Origin: an uncultured Gemmatimonadaceae bacterium
Lineage (GTDB): Bacteria; Gemmatimonadota; Gemmatimonadetes; Gemmatimonadales; Gemmatimonadaceae
Direction: 5' to 3'
NCBI GenBank assembly: GCA_963740565.1
Contig: CAVUFA010000003.1
Coordinates: 48,137 to 112,136 of the forward strand
Length of the DNA stretch: 64,000 bases
Below are positions 55,307 to 63,564 of the stretch, piece by piece. The notes under the pieces are model-generated. The model was given only the letters and a program-made list of their open reading frames with translations, was not told the DNA's origin and did not search any database. Numbering within the stretch: the first letter of the stretch is position 1; each line of letters opens with the position of its first letter. The translations under genes and the position numbers were made by a program.

Positions 55307-55520
55307 GAGGCAAAACTGCGTGCGCATGAAGCTGAGCGCCAGAACTCGCGGCTTCGTATCGGTATTGCGAGCAACAACAGTATAGAGCGTGCTCAGCACG
55401 GACCTTCTTAATGGACCGCCAGGGAAGTTCTTCACTGGACAATCGAGCTAGGCTATCCGTGAAGGTATCAGCGATGAAGAAGTTCACGCGTCGGTCCGAG
55501 ACCTTGACCCTACGATGTGC

Positions 55521-56384
55521 TCATTTCCCAATCAGCGGGCACGCTCGAACGAGATCTGCGAGCGTATCCACAGCATGTTCGAAGCGAGTGCGTAACTGTT
55601 GGTCCCGTTGCTGCAACTCCTTACGGGTGCTTGGCGCATGCCCGGACTGATTTCGATGCGGTGTTAGACCGCGAACTCGCGCCCACAACGCCTTGTCAAT
55701 TCGTACTGTACTTGCCAACAGCTTGGGAAAGTCGGCGTTCAGATCAACGTATTCCAGTACCCTTGCCCACGCGGCGGTTCTAAACCTGGGCTTCGACGGA
55801 GGGGGCAGGGTTCTCCACAACAACAACCGGTCGATCTCGGTCGCAACGGTTCGGCTTCCCTTCTCGATCAGGTCGTAGACACGACCGCACCCTTTCGCGG
55901 CGTCCCCGTTGCGAAACGTCTCTTCGGCTTGATGGAGTTGCGCAAAGTAGCCTCTTGGATACCGAGTTCGATCTACCGGCCTGACACCAAAGAGTGATAA
56001 TGAGACCGCGGGGAGCAGCGACCGGACCGTTTTTCCATCGAATTCCACGACTCCTATGCCCCGTTTTCTAGCCTGACGCACGAGATTGAGAAGTTGGGCG
56101 GCTGGCCCTCCAGAGGGAACGGCGACGAACAGCCTGATGGGAAGGCCCGCGGTGAGGCACTCTACGACGAACGTGTCAAGTGCGTTCGTGTACGTGCCAT
56201 CGTTCACTTCAATGGCGAGTATACTCTTGTCGTGGTTCTCCGCCGAGAGAGTTGGCCGGTAAGACAGGTCGCTTGCGATTTCCTCCTCTGCGCGGAAGCG
56301 CTTCGCACCTTCCATCTTCGCGAAGTGCTTTCGTGCAGCTTCAGCGACAGGCACAAGAGAGCCGGCCAATGCACGATACTGCAT
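55521..56384 (-). CDS. Hypothetical 287-aa protein; the C-terminal helical region contains an R-N-x-x-x-H (HEPN-like) motif
   Basis: ORF with operon-like spacing (2 nt after the ParB-like stop). No family recognised in the N-terminal half (SILAIEVNDGTYTNALDTFVVECLTAGLPIRLFVAVP). The C-terminal half is helical, with LTPHRNQSGHAP. Confidence 0.55.
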   Translation of the reverse strand: MQYRALAGSLVPVAEAARKHFAKMEGAKRFRAEEEIASDLSYRPTLSAENHDKSILAIEVNDGTYTNALDTFVVECLTAGLPIRLFVAVPSGGPAAQLLNLVRQARKRGIGVVEFDGKTVRSLLPAVSLSLFGVRPVDRTRYPRGYFAQLHQAEETFRNGDAAKGCGRVYDLIEKGSRTVATEIDRLLLWRTLPPPSKPRFRTAAWARVLEYVDLNADFPKLLASTVRIDKALWARVRGLTPHRNQSGHAPSTRKELQQRDQQLRTRFEHAVDTLADLVRACPLIGK

Positions 56385-56386
56385 TC

Positions 56387-57334
56387 TTACTTCCCCAGAA
56401 GGTCGCGGGCCACACTTACCAACGCGCGCAACCTCTTACGGAGCTCAACGTCGATGTCTTCGGGATGCAGTTGCTTCAATCGCTGCAGCAAACCGTCCAG
56501 ACGAACGGCGATGTCCTTCTCCGTATAGGCGCCGGCGACCGTGTGCTCGTACGCCTGGGCTATGGAGTAGTCGTTGGAGGTGAACAAACGGCTAAGCGCC
56601 TTCTTAGCGGCCGGTACATTCGCCTTCACGCGCGCAGCACGGGCAATCTTGGCCACGTCCCGAAAGTGCGTACGGTTCGCGATCACGTCGGTCCTAAATT
56701 TCTGGACGAGGACACGCCTGACCTTGTTCTTGTCATCAATGACATCAGGCATCGCCCGCTCGACGGTGGTGAGGGCGCGTTCCATCTCGATGAAGAAATC
56801 CTCCGTAAGGCGCTGTTCTCGTTTGGGTTTCTTCAGTTCGCTCTGAAGCTGTTCCTGGAACTCTGCTGGGAGCCCCAGGAGGTAACGACAGCGGCGTATG
56901 ACACCTCTTGCAAGTCCGGTATTCCTGGCGATTTCTGCCTCGGTGGGGCGACTCTTCTTCGCGCGCTCTAGCAGGTTGATGATGACAGCTAGCTTGGTAG
57001 CAATGGTCAAAAGGTCCCACTGCTCTCGGAGCGCGTGGATGTTGAACATCAAAAGCAGGTTCGTAAGGCGGTCGGGCTTCTCCTGAACGAGTGCGGGAAT
57101 GGTCTTGAGGTTCAGCTTAAGAGCGCAGCGCCAGCGCCTTTCGCCGTCGATCAACACAAAGCGTCCTTTCTCGCGATACACAGATACGGGAACCTGTATT
57201 CCGTGAATCGCGATCGACTCCATTAGTTCGTCCATCTCCTTCTGCCGGAAGTGGATCCTGGGATTCTCGCGGTTGGGATCCACGCTATCGACCCTGATTT
57301 GAGCGAGTGTGGCGTTGGCAGCATCAATGGGCAT
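56387..57334 (-). CDS. ParB/Srx N-terminal-domain protein with a central HTH
   Basis: IRVDSVDPNRENPRIHFRQKEMDELMESIAIHGIQVPVSVYREKGRFVLIDGERRWRCALKLNLKTIPALV is the ParB N-domain, including the GERRW box. HTH-like segment PTEAEIARNTGLARGVIRRCRYLLGLP. Confidence 0.8.
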   Translation of the reverse strand: MPIDAANATLAQIRVDSVDPNRENPRIHFRQKEMDELMESIAIHGIQVPVSVYREKGRFVLIDGERRWRCALKLNLKTIPALVQEKPDRLTNLLLMFNIHALREQWDLLTIATKLAVIINLLERAKKSRPTEAEIARNTGLARGVIRRCRYLLGLPAEFQEQLQSELKKPKREQRLTEDFFIEMERALTTVERAMPDVIDDKNKVRRVLVQKFRTDVIANRTHFRDVAKIARAARVKANVPAAKKALSRLFTSNDYSIAQAYEHTVAGAYTEKDIAVRLDGLLQRLKQLHPEDIDVELRKRLRALVSVARDLLGK

Positions 57335-57343
57335 CGGCGATCC

Positions 57344-58201
57344 TCAGATCGGCGCTGTGTTCGAAATGATCAACTCGTAAGCGAAACGTCGATTGTCAGC
57401 GAACCCGGCGATCTGGCGGCGCACTCGCACTCGACGATGGATCCAGTTGACCGCAAGCTTTCGTGCCTCCGAACAGTCGGCGAAGCTGAGGAGAAACTTC
57501 GCTCCCCTGGCGTGGAGCTTGTCGAGGTGCGCACCAAGTCGATCGATGTCTTGTTGTAGAAACCTTCGCGGACCGTAGTCGCGAAACACACGCCGAGCAC
57601 GCACGAAGAAAGGAGGGTCTAGGTAAACGAAGTCGCCGTTGCGTACATCGCGCAGCGTGTGGCCGAAATCGCAAGAGCGTAGGCGCGCAGTCTTCAATCG
57701 GTCTGCTGCATTGATGAAGTCAGCTAGCGCCGGCATCGCACCCGTGCGCGAAGGCGCAAAGGGAACGTTGAATTGCCCACTGTTATTCGTACGATAGAGA
57801 CCGTTGAAGCAGTTGCGATTCAAATAGAGAAAGCGAACGGCCCTGCGGGCTTTCGCAATGCGGGCGGGCACCAGCGTGCGAAGCGCTTCATACGTGGCTG
57901 GCGTTTGAGGAATGCTCGTCACCTCACGCCAAAGCGTTACCGGATCGTCCCGTAGTTCCTCGTAGAATTCGATGAGGTGACTGTTCGAGTCCGCCAAGAG
58001 TGCGCGTGCAGGTCGTATGACGAAGAAAAGCGCAGACGAACCGCAAAACGGTTCTACGTATCGCTCGAAATCAGGAGACCAATACTGTCGAAGCAGTGGG
58101 AGAAGCTGCCGCTTGCTACCTGCCCAGCGTAGGATGGGTCGTCCACTGGCCTCCGGTACTGGTGATGAGGGCACACTCACTTGGTCGTCCCGGACTGACA
58201 C
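57344..58201 (-). CDS. Dam-family (D12-class) N6-adenine DNA methyltransferase
   Basis: Motifs LRWAGSKRQLLP, YVEPFCGSSALFF (SAM binding), FVYLDPPF (DPPY-type catalytic motif). Confidence 0.85.
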   Translation of the reverse strand: MSVRDDQVSVPSSPVPEASGRPILRWAGSKRQLLPLLRQYWSPDFERYVEPFCGSSALFFVIRPARALLADSNSHLIEFYEELRDDPVTLWREVTSIPQTPATYEALRTLVPARIAKARRAVRFLYLNRNCFNGLYRTNNSGQFNVPFAPSRTGAMPALADFINAADRLKTARLRSCDFGHTLRDVRNGDFVYLDPPFFVRARRVFRDYGPRRFLQQDIDRLGAHLDKLHARGAKFLLSFADCSEARKLAVNWIHRRVRVRRQIAGFADNRRFAYELIISNTAPI

Positions 58202-58990
58202 GCGAGATCAACGACGAGTAGCTCCTTGCAGCGGAAACGGCGGGAATCAGGCGCGCCTTCGACGGGCGCGCCGAGTTGTCGCGCGCTGTCAAGGTGTCCG
58301 GTGTGACCGATAAAGCGAACGGTGACGTCTACCGCGTCGGTCTCTCCGAGCTCCCACGCATCGGACGATCGTGCATGCTTGCGAAGATCGAATGATGCCG
58401 GCACGTCGAAGTCCGAAGAGTTGGGTCGCGCACTGTTGGCCTTGGGCCGTCGCACTCGACTGAGCCGATTATTCCGCAACGCTGCACGATCGAGGTCGTA
58501 ACCGACGAGGTATCCGTTGGAGCCGAGGAAGAACACTCCATATGATTGCACACGACGCTGCGCGACCTCATCCCGCTCCATCGACCTGTACGAGAACGAC
58601 AGCTCCTTGCGTCGCGACAGAGCACTGGCGGCTATTTCGAACACATACGCGCACGAGCGGCGCGCCGGCTTCGTGGCCCGCGTTGCTTTGCCCTTTTTCG
58701 TACTCTTCACTCGATCGCGCGGCACTGATTCCTCATGGTCTGCTGAAGGCACGCTTCAATATCGCAGGGGTCCTCGCTGGCGCTCTGACTCCTCGGGATG
58801 ACGGGAACTTCCACTAGCAATCGTACCGGTTTACCGAGAGCGAGATCAACACGCCACGTAACGTGGCGATACATGGCGTCACCTCCTGGCTAACGACTGC
58901 AGTGTGCGTCTCGGGGGATAAACGCATGGTGGGCCGCACGTTCAGCGCCCGGTATCGGTTCACAGAAGTGGCTCCGCTTTTCTGTACAGC
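58177..58990 (-). pseudogene. Decayed PafBC/WYL-type regulator (WYL plus WCX domains retained, HTH region frameshifted)
   Basis: ORF 58177..58752 has the WYL-domain pattern (LSFSYRSMERDEVAQRRVQSYGVFFLGSNGYLVGYDLDRAALRNNRLSRV) but no HTH. Upstream pieces in two other frames (…VSQEVTP… and MYRHVTWRVDLALGKPVRLL from the ATG at 58874 with an AGGAGG RBS) look like remnants of the usual LA.elgVS.RTiyRDi..L...G.Pi helix-turn-helix. Confidence 0.5.
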
Positions 58991-59181
58991 TTCACGGGGT
59001 GAGCTCACGGGATCGGCGAGCGGGGTTAGGCTGGCGCGGGAAGCGACAGCAGGAGGAAGTAGGCCTCAGCACCCAGTTCACGCATTCCGCACCGGGCACT
59101 CGGTGTCCGTCCGGGTGAATGACCTCCTCGGATTCGGCGGGGTATGCTCTGCTTCACGTCTCGAACGGAGGAAGTAGCCTC

Positions 59182-59886
59182 ATGCGACTGCTCACCCCCT
59201 TGTTGCTGGTGCTTGCGGCGCCCCTCGCCGGGGCACAGGTCCCGACAGCGGGAGACAGCGCGCCGGTGACTATTGCGGTCACCGGACAGGGCCAGCACTC
59301 CGTGCCTGCCGATGAGTTGATCGTGCAGCTGGCGGTGGACACACGTGCCCGGACCGCGAGTCGCGCCGGTGCGGACAACGCCGATCGGATGACCGCCGTG
59401 CAGAAGGCGCTCCGCGAGATCGGCCTGACACAGGACGAAATCTCGACGGCGTTCTATACGATTCGCTTCGATTATGGTCCCCAGATGCGCGACACGCAGT
59501 ACGTCGCGACCAACTCGGTGCGCGTGGACACGCGGCGACTGGAACTCGTGAGTCGGATCATCGATACGGCCCTGCAATCGGGCGCCACCACGGTTGCCGG
59601 CGTGCAGTACACGCTGCGCGACAGTCGTGATGCGACGCGCCAGGCGCTCACCGACGCCGTGGCCGACGCAAAGCTCCAGGCCGAGGCCGTGGCTGCCGCA
59701 GCGGGCGGGCGGTTGGGAGACCTCCTGGGGCTCGAGGCGCAGCCGAATCGCCCCGGACCGATCCCATACGGGCAGTTCGCGCTGGCGTCCGGTGGAATGG
59801 CTCGCGCGGAGACCCCGATTTCACCGCGTGACATCACCGTAACGGCGATAGTCACGGCGCGCTGGCGGTTCGTCGCGTCCAGATAG
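59182..59886 (+). CDS. SIMPL-domain (DUF541) periplasmic protein
   Basis: Signal peptide MRLLTPLLLVLAAPLAGAQ. Pattern ...VTIAVTGQGQHSVPADELIVQLAVDTRA...AVADAKLQAEAVAAAAGGRLGDLLGL...ITVTAIVTARWRF. Confidence 0.8.
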   Translation: MRLLTPLLLVLAAPLAGAQVPTAGDSAPVTIAVTGQGQHSVPADELIVQLAVDTRARTASRAGADNADRMTAVQKALREIGLTQDEISTAFYTIRFDYGPQMRDTQYVATNSVRVDTRRLELVSRIIDTALQSGATTVAGVQYTLRDSRDATRQALTDAVADAKLQAEAVAAAAGGRLGDLLGLEAQPNRPGPIPYGQFALASGGMARAETPISPRDITVTAIVTARWRFVASR

Positions 59887-60073
59887 AGAATCGATCCGGA
59901 GGCGGGCGCCGGCGGAGGGTCGCCGAAAGACGGTGGAGGTCAGGGTTTCCCTCGCGGCGGCACCGGCCCGGACCGCGCAGCCCACGTCGGGTAGTGGGTC
60001 CTCAAACTGACTCACTACCCCCACGTCGCGCGGCCTTGCATCCGCGGCGGGTCGGGCGCACTATCGCGCGCAG

Positions 60074-60982
60074 ATGACATCCTCCAGTGATGAGCCCCGG
60101 CGCTACCGCAGCCTCGATGATCCAGAGACGCTGCGGCTCCTGGCGCGCACCCTGGGTGAGGGGATCTACGTCACCGACCGGGACGGGCGCATACTGGACT
60201 GCAATCCCGCGTTCCTCGACATCTTCGGCGTGTCGTCGCTCAAGGGCCTGGAGCAGTTCCACGCGTCCGACCTGCTCGCCGACCCCGAGCGGCGCCGGAT
60301 CGAGCTGAAGGAGCTGGAGCGGGAGGGCAGCGTGCGGGATTTCGAGCTCGAAATCGTGCGGCCGGACGGGCAGCGACGGACGGTGCTCGACACGACCTAT
60401 CAGGTGCGGGATCCGGGATCCGGTGAGGTGTTCTATCACGGCGTGCTGATCGACATCACGGCGCGCAAGGAACTGGAGCGCCAGTTGCGCGAGCAGCTGA
60501 TACGTGACGCGCTCACCGGCTGCTACAATCGCCGCTTTCTCCTCGACCTCGAGGACGACCTCGAGCGTCAGGCGGAGACGCGCTGGGGGTGCATCTACAT
60601 CGATATCGATCACTTCAAGGTCTACAACGACCGCCATGGGCATCAGAACGGCGATCAGGTGCTGCGGCGGATGGCGCGCTTTCTGATGCGCGAGGTTCGC
60701 GCCGACGAGCCGGTGGTTCGCATGGGCGGAGACGAGTTTGTGATTGCACTCAGCGGCGAGAACGCCGAGCGCACCGAGACGGTGGCGACGCGGCTGCACC
60801 ACAGCGCGGCGCGCAGCGCGCCGGTGGCATTTTCGTTGGGTTGGGCGAAGCGGGCGGAAGGGGAGACCTTCGAGGAGACGATGGCCCGCGCCGACAAGAA
60901 CCTGATCGGGGTGCGGGTGCTCTCGCGTTCGGGCGAGTGGTCGTCGCTTCCGCCCGAAATGGAACGTCGGCGGCGGCGCTAG
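60074..60982 (+). CDS. PAS-domain diguanylate cyclase (GGDEF)
   Basis: PAS segment (LGEGIYVTDRDGRILDCNPAFLDIFG...RTVLDTTYQVRD...FYHGVLIDITARKELE). GGDEF domain (DALTGCYNRRFL...IYIDIDHFKVYNDRHGHQNGDQVL...VRMGGDEFVIAL). Confidence 0.9.
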   Translation: MTSSSDEPRRYRSLDDPETLRLLARTLGEGIYVTDRDGRILDCNPAFLDIFGVSSLKGLEQFHASDLLADPERRRIELKELEREGSVRDFELEIVRPDGQRRTVLDTTYQVRDPGSGEVFYHGVLIDITARKELERQLREQLIRDALTGCYNRRFLLDLEDDLERQAETRWGCIYIDIDHFKVYNDRHGHQNGDQVLRRMARFLMREVRADEPVVRMGGDEFVIALSGENAERTETVATRLHHSAARSAPVAFSLGWAKRAEGETFEETMARADKNLIGVRVLSRSGEWSSLPPEMERRRRR

Positions 60983-60990
60983 CCTCGCCC

Positions 60991-61392
60991 ATGCCGCTGC
61001 GGCTTCCGGCTCCGTGGCGCGGGCTGCTCGTCGCGGCCGCGCTCATCCTCTCGGGCACCGCCATGTTGCAGGCCACGGCCTACCCGGATCTCACGCGGAC
61101 CCTCCGGGCGGCAGGACTGGACCGGGCAGCCACGTCAACGCTCGAAGGGCTGTGGCTGATGTTCCCGGTTCATCTGCTGTTCATCGCGGCCTTCCTCGTC
61201 CTGGCCGCTGTCCGCGTGCGCATCGCCGCCGACTCGGGGCTGCTGGTGTGCGCGCTCATCCTCGCCGCCGACACCGCGTTGCTCGGCGGATTCATGGGAA
61301 TGTTCACCGGCACGGTGCTGGTCGGGGTCTCGACCGGCCTCGTGATCATCGCCCGCCTCATTCGGCAGGCGATGCTCGCCGGTACCGCCTAG
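60991..61392 (+). CDS. Hypothetical integral membrane protein (4 predicted TM segments)
   Basis: MPLRLPAPWRGLLVAAALILSGTAML...LWLMFPVHLLFIAAFLVLAAV...LLVCALILAADTALLGGFMGMF...VLVGVSTGLVIIARL. Its TAG stop lies within the CTAG duplicated by the IS5 insertion. Confidence 0.5.
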   Translation: MPLRLPAPWRGLLVAAALILSGTAMLQATAYPDLTRTLRAAGLDRAATSTLEGLWLMFPVHLLFIAAFLVLAAVRVRIAADSGLLVCALILAADTALLGGFMGMFTGTVLVGVSTGLVIIARLIRQAMLAGTA

Positions 61393-62621
61393 GGAAGCTC
61401 TGCACAGGTTAAAGCGCGATCCATCGTTATGAAATCAGCGCGGTTTGCACGCGTCAGGTCTCGCCGGATGACGGCGGGGGCTCCGAGTTCTCCCGCGGTT
61501 CAGCGGGGCGCGGGGTGCTTCGGTAGCGCGGGAGGGTCGGCGGCCGGAATCTCATGCCAGGCTCGGGATGAATCCTTTGGGCAGCAGCCGTTTCCGCAGC
61601 CGGTACAGATTGGCCAAGGCGAACATACTGAAGGCGCGCGCCGCGTTCTTGGCAATCCCGCGGTACCGCACCTTCACGAAACCCCACAGATGCTTCACGA
61701 CGTGAAAGGGATGCTCGCCCATGGCCCGGTGGCGCGAGCGCGTTTGATTGATCGCCTTCTCGGACTCGGTCAAGGGCCGCTTCTTCGTGCCGCGTCGATT
61801 CACGCGGTACTTGCCGCCTTCGAGCTGCCACTGTTCGCGATGGTCCGCTTTCCAGTACGCTTGATCCCCGTACAGCGTCCCCTCCTGCCCGTGCAACAAC
61901 TCAGGCAGCTGCGTGATGTCCGCCACCGCCGCATCCGTCGCTCGCACCGTGTGCACCACCCCGCGGCGGTCCGTCCCGATATGCAGTTTCATCCCGAAAT
62001 GCCAGTGCTTCCCCTTCTTCGTTTGGTGCATCTCGGGGTCCCGCTGCTTTGCCGCGTTCTTGGTCGAGCTCGGGGCCGCAATGATCGTGGCATCCACAAT
62101 CGTCCCCGCCTTCAAGAGCAACCGCTTCTCCTCCAACACCGTGCGGATCTCGGCAAAGATCGCTTCGGGGAGCTGCTCGCGTTCCAGCAGGTGGCGGAAC
62201 CGCAGGATGGTGGTCTCGTCCGGAATCACGTCCTCGCCCAACTCAACCCCGGCGAAACGCCGCATCGACTCACTGTCGTAAATGGCGTCCTCCGCCTGGG
62301 GATCCGACAGGTTGAACCACTGCTGCAGAAAGTAGATCCGGAGCATCCGTGCCAGACCCACGGGCTGCCGGCCGTTCCCGGCCTTGGGGTAATGGGGGGC
62401 GATCAACGCCAGCAGCCGCGTCCACGGGATTACGGCGTCCATCTCCGCCAGAAAGCGTTCGCGCCGCGTCACCTTTCCCTTCAGACTCCACGCCATCGAC
62501 GCCAAGGTCCGTTGCTGTCCCATGGGAAGGCCTCCGAAACAGGAACCAACCAGTCAGGAGATCACGCACGCCTAACGCGACAGCAATATACCATCATGTC
62601 CTTCACTTGTGCAGAGTTTCC
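61393..62621 (-). mobile_element. IS5-family insertion sequence (1229 bp) with imperfect terminal inverted repeats and a 4-bp CTAG target-site duplication
   Basis: Left end GGAAGCTCTGCACAGGT. Reverse complement of the right end GGAAACTCTGCACAAGT. CTAG at 61389-61392 and 62622-62625. One transposase ORF inside. Confidence 0.9.
61552..62523 (-). CDS. IS5-family DDE transposase
   Basis: 323 aa, closely parallel to E. coli IS5 InsH as I recall it: YPKAGNGRQP, LRIYFLQQWFNLSD, DETTILRFRHLLE, GTIVDATIIAAPSSTKN, QRDPEMHQTKKGKHWHFGMKLHIG, GDQAY, EHPFHVVKHLWGFVKVRYRG. Confidence 0.9.
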   Translation of the reverse strand: MGQQRTLASMAWSLKGKVTRRERFLAEMDAVIPWTRLLALIAPHYPKAGNGRQPVGLARMLRIYFLQQWFNLSDPQAEDAIYDSESMRRFAGVELGEDVIPDETTILRFRHLLEREQLPEAIFAEIRTVLEEKRLLLKAGTIVDATIIAAPSSTKNAAKQRDPEMHQTKKGKHWHFGMKLHIGTDRRGVVHTVRATDAAVADITQLPELLHGQEGTLYGDQAYWKADHREQWQLEGGKYRVNRRGTKKRPLTESEKAINQTRSRHRAMGEHPFHVVKHLWGFVKVRYRGIAKNAARAFSMFALANLYRLRKRLLPKGFIPSLA

Positions 62622-62781
62622 CTAGGGAAAATGGGGTCAGACTCGAATTTCGCCGCGGGCCGGCGCGCACTGGCCGAAACCACGCGCATCATCGGCCCGC
62701 GCCGACCGGGACGACGGGCGGAGCGGGCTTGATGCCGAACTCGTCAGGCAGGGCCCGCCGGGTGGCGGGCGGGCGATGCGA

Positions 62782-63330
62782 CTACTTCTTCACCACCACG
62801 ATGTGCACGGTGTCAGCCACCAGGGGACTGAGCGGCACGTGCGCGGGCGTGGCGAGGATGGTGATGATGCGGTGCGGACCCGGCGCCACGTTCACCCAGT
62901 CATAGGTGGTTTCCGCCTTGCCCAGATGGACGATCCCTGGCGTGCCGGCCGGGATGGGCTGGTCCGGCGTGCCGAGATCGGTGTCGAGATACAGATGATG
63001 GTGCGCGGTCCCGGCGCGTCCCTCCGCCGCCGGCGCGAGCTCGATGCCGGTGGCACCGAGCACGATATGCACGGTGTCGCCGTGGATGGTGTCGCCCTCG
63101 GCCGGACTCGAGATGGTCACGGTCACCGCCGGAGCCATCGCCGTCATGGCCGACGTGTCGGCAGCCGGAGCGTTTTCCTTCTTCGCGCACGCCGCCGCGA
63201 TTACAGCGGCCACGAGGGAAAGGCCGAGTGCTCCTGCAACCCGTCGGCGCGCGCGCGAGTGCTCGGCGGCGTGCGTGGTGAGCGGGTCGGGACGAGCATC
63301 CGCTACGCGGTGTAGCTGGTGAGGTGTCAT
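62782..63330 (-). CDS. DUF4399-domain lipoprotein
   Basis: ATG at 63330. Lipobox ...LSLVAAVIAAAC. Pattern ITSPAEGDTIHGDTVHIVLGATGIELAPA...GTAHHHLYLDTDL...IPAGTPGIVHLGKAETTYDW-VNVAPGPHRIITILA. Confidence 0.7.
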   Translation of the reverse strand: MTPHQLHRVADARPDPLTTHAAEHSRARRRVAGALGLSLVAAVIAAACAKKENAPAADTSAMTAMAPAVTVTISSPAEGDTIHGDTVHIVLGATGIELAPAAEGRAGTAHHHLYLDTDLGTPDQPIPAGTPGIVHLGKAETTYDWVNVAPGPHRIITILATPAHVPLSPLVADTVHIVVVKK

Positions 63331-63564
63331 GGTCGTGAAGATCTCCGAGGTGCGGCTGCGGCCGAATGGAGCCTGTGACATCTGGGGTTCATCTAAGAAA
63401 CGCAGCGCCATGAGATTCCGGAAGAAGTGCCGCCATCAATTCCCAGCGCGTGGGCTCGCTACCCTGGGGCTCCGCCCCTCTCCGGGGAGCCCGACCCGCA
63501 CCCGGCTGTGCAAGTTGCCCCGCCCGGCAGCGTCTCCCTGGCGAACCTCAAGCCAGGACAACGT

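Noticed and set aside
3534-62578. TTAGGC as a telomere-like repeat (it equals the nematode telomere unit).
   Set aside because: Occurrences are single and dispersed, never tandem, and mostly inside bacterial coding sequence. The resemblance is coincidental.
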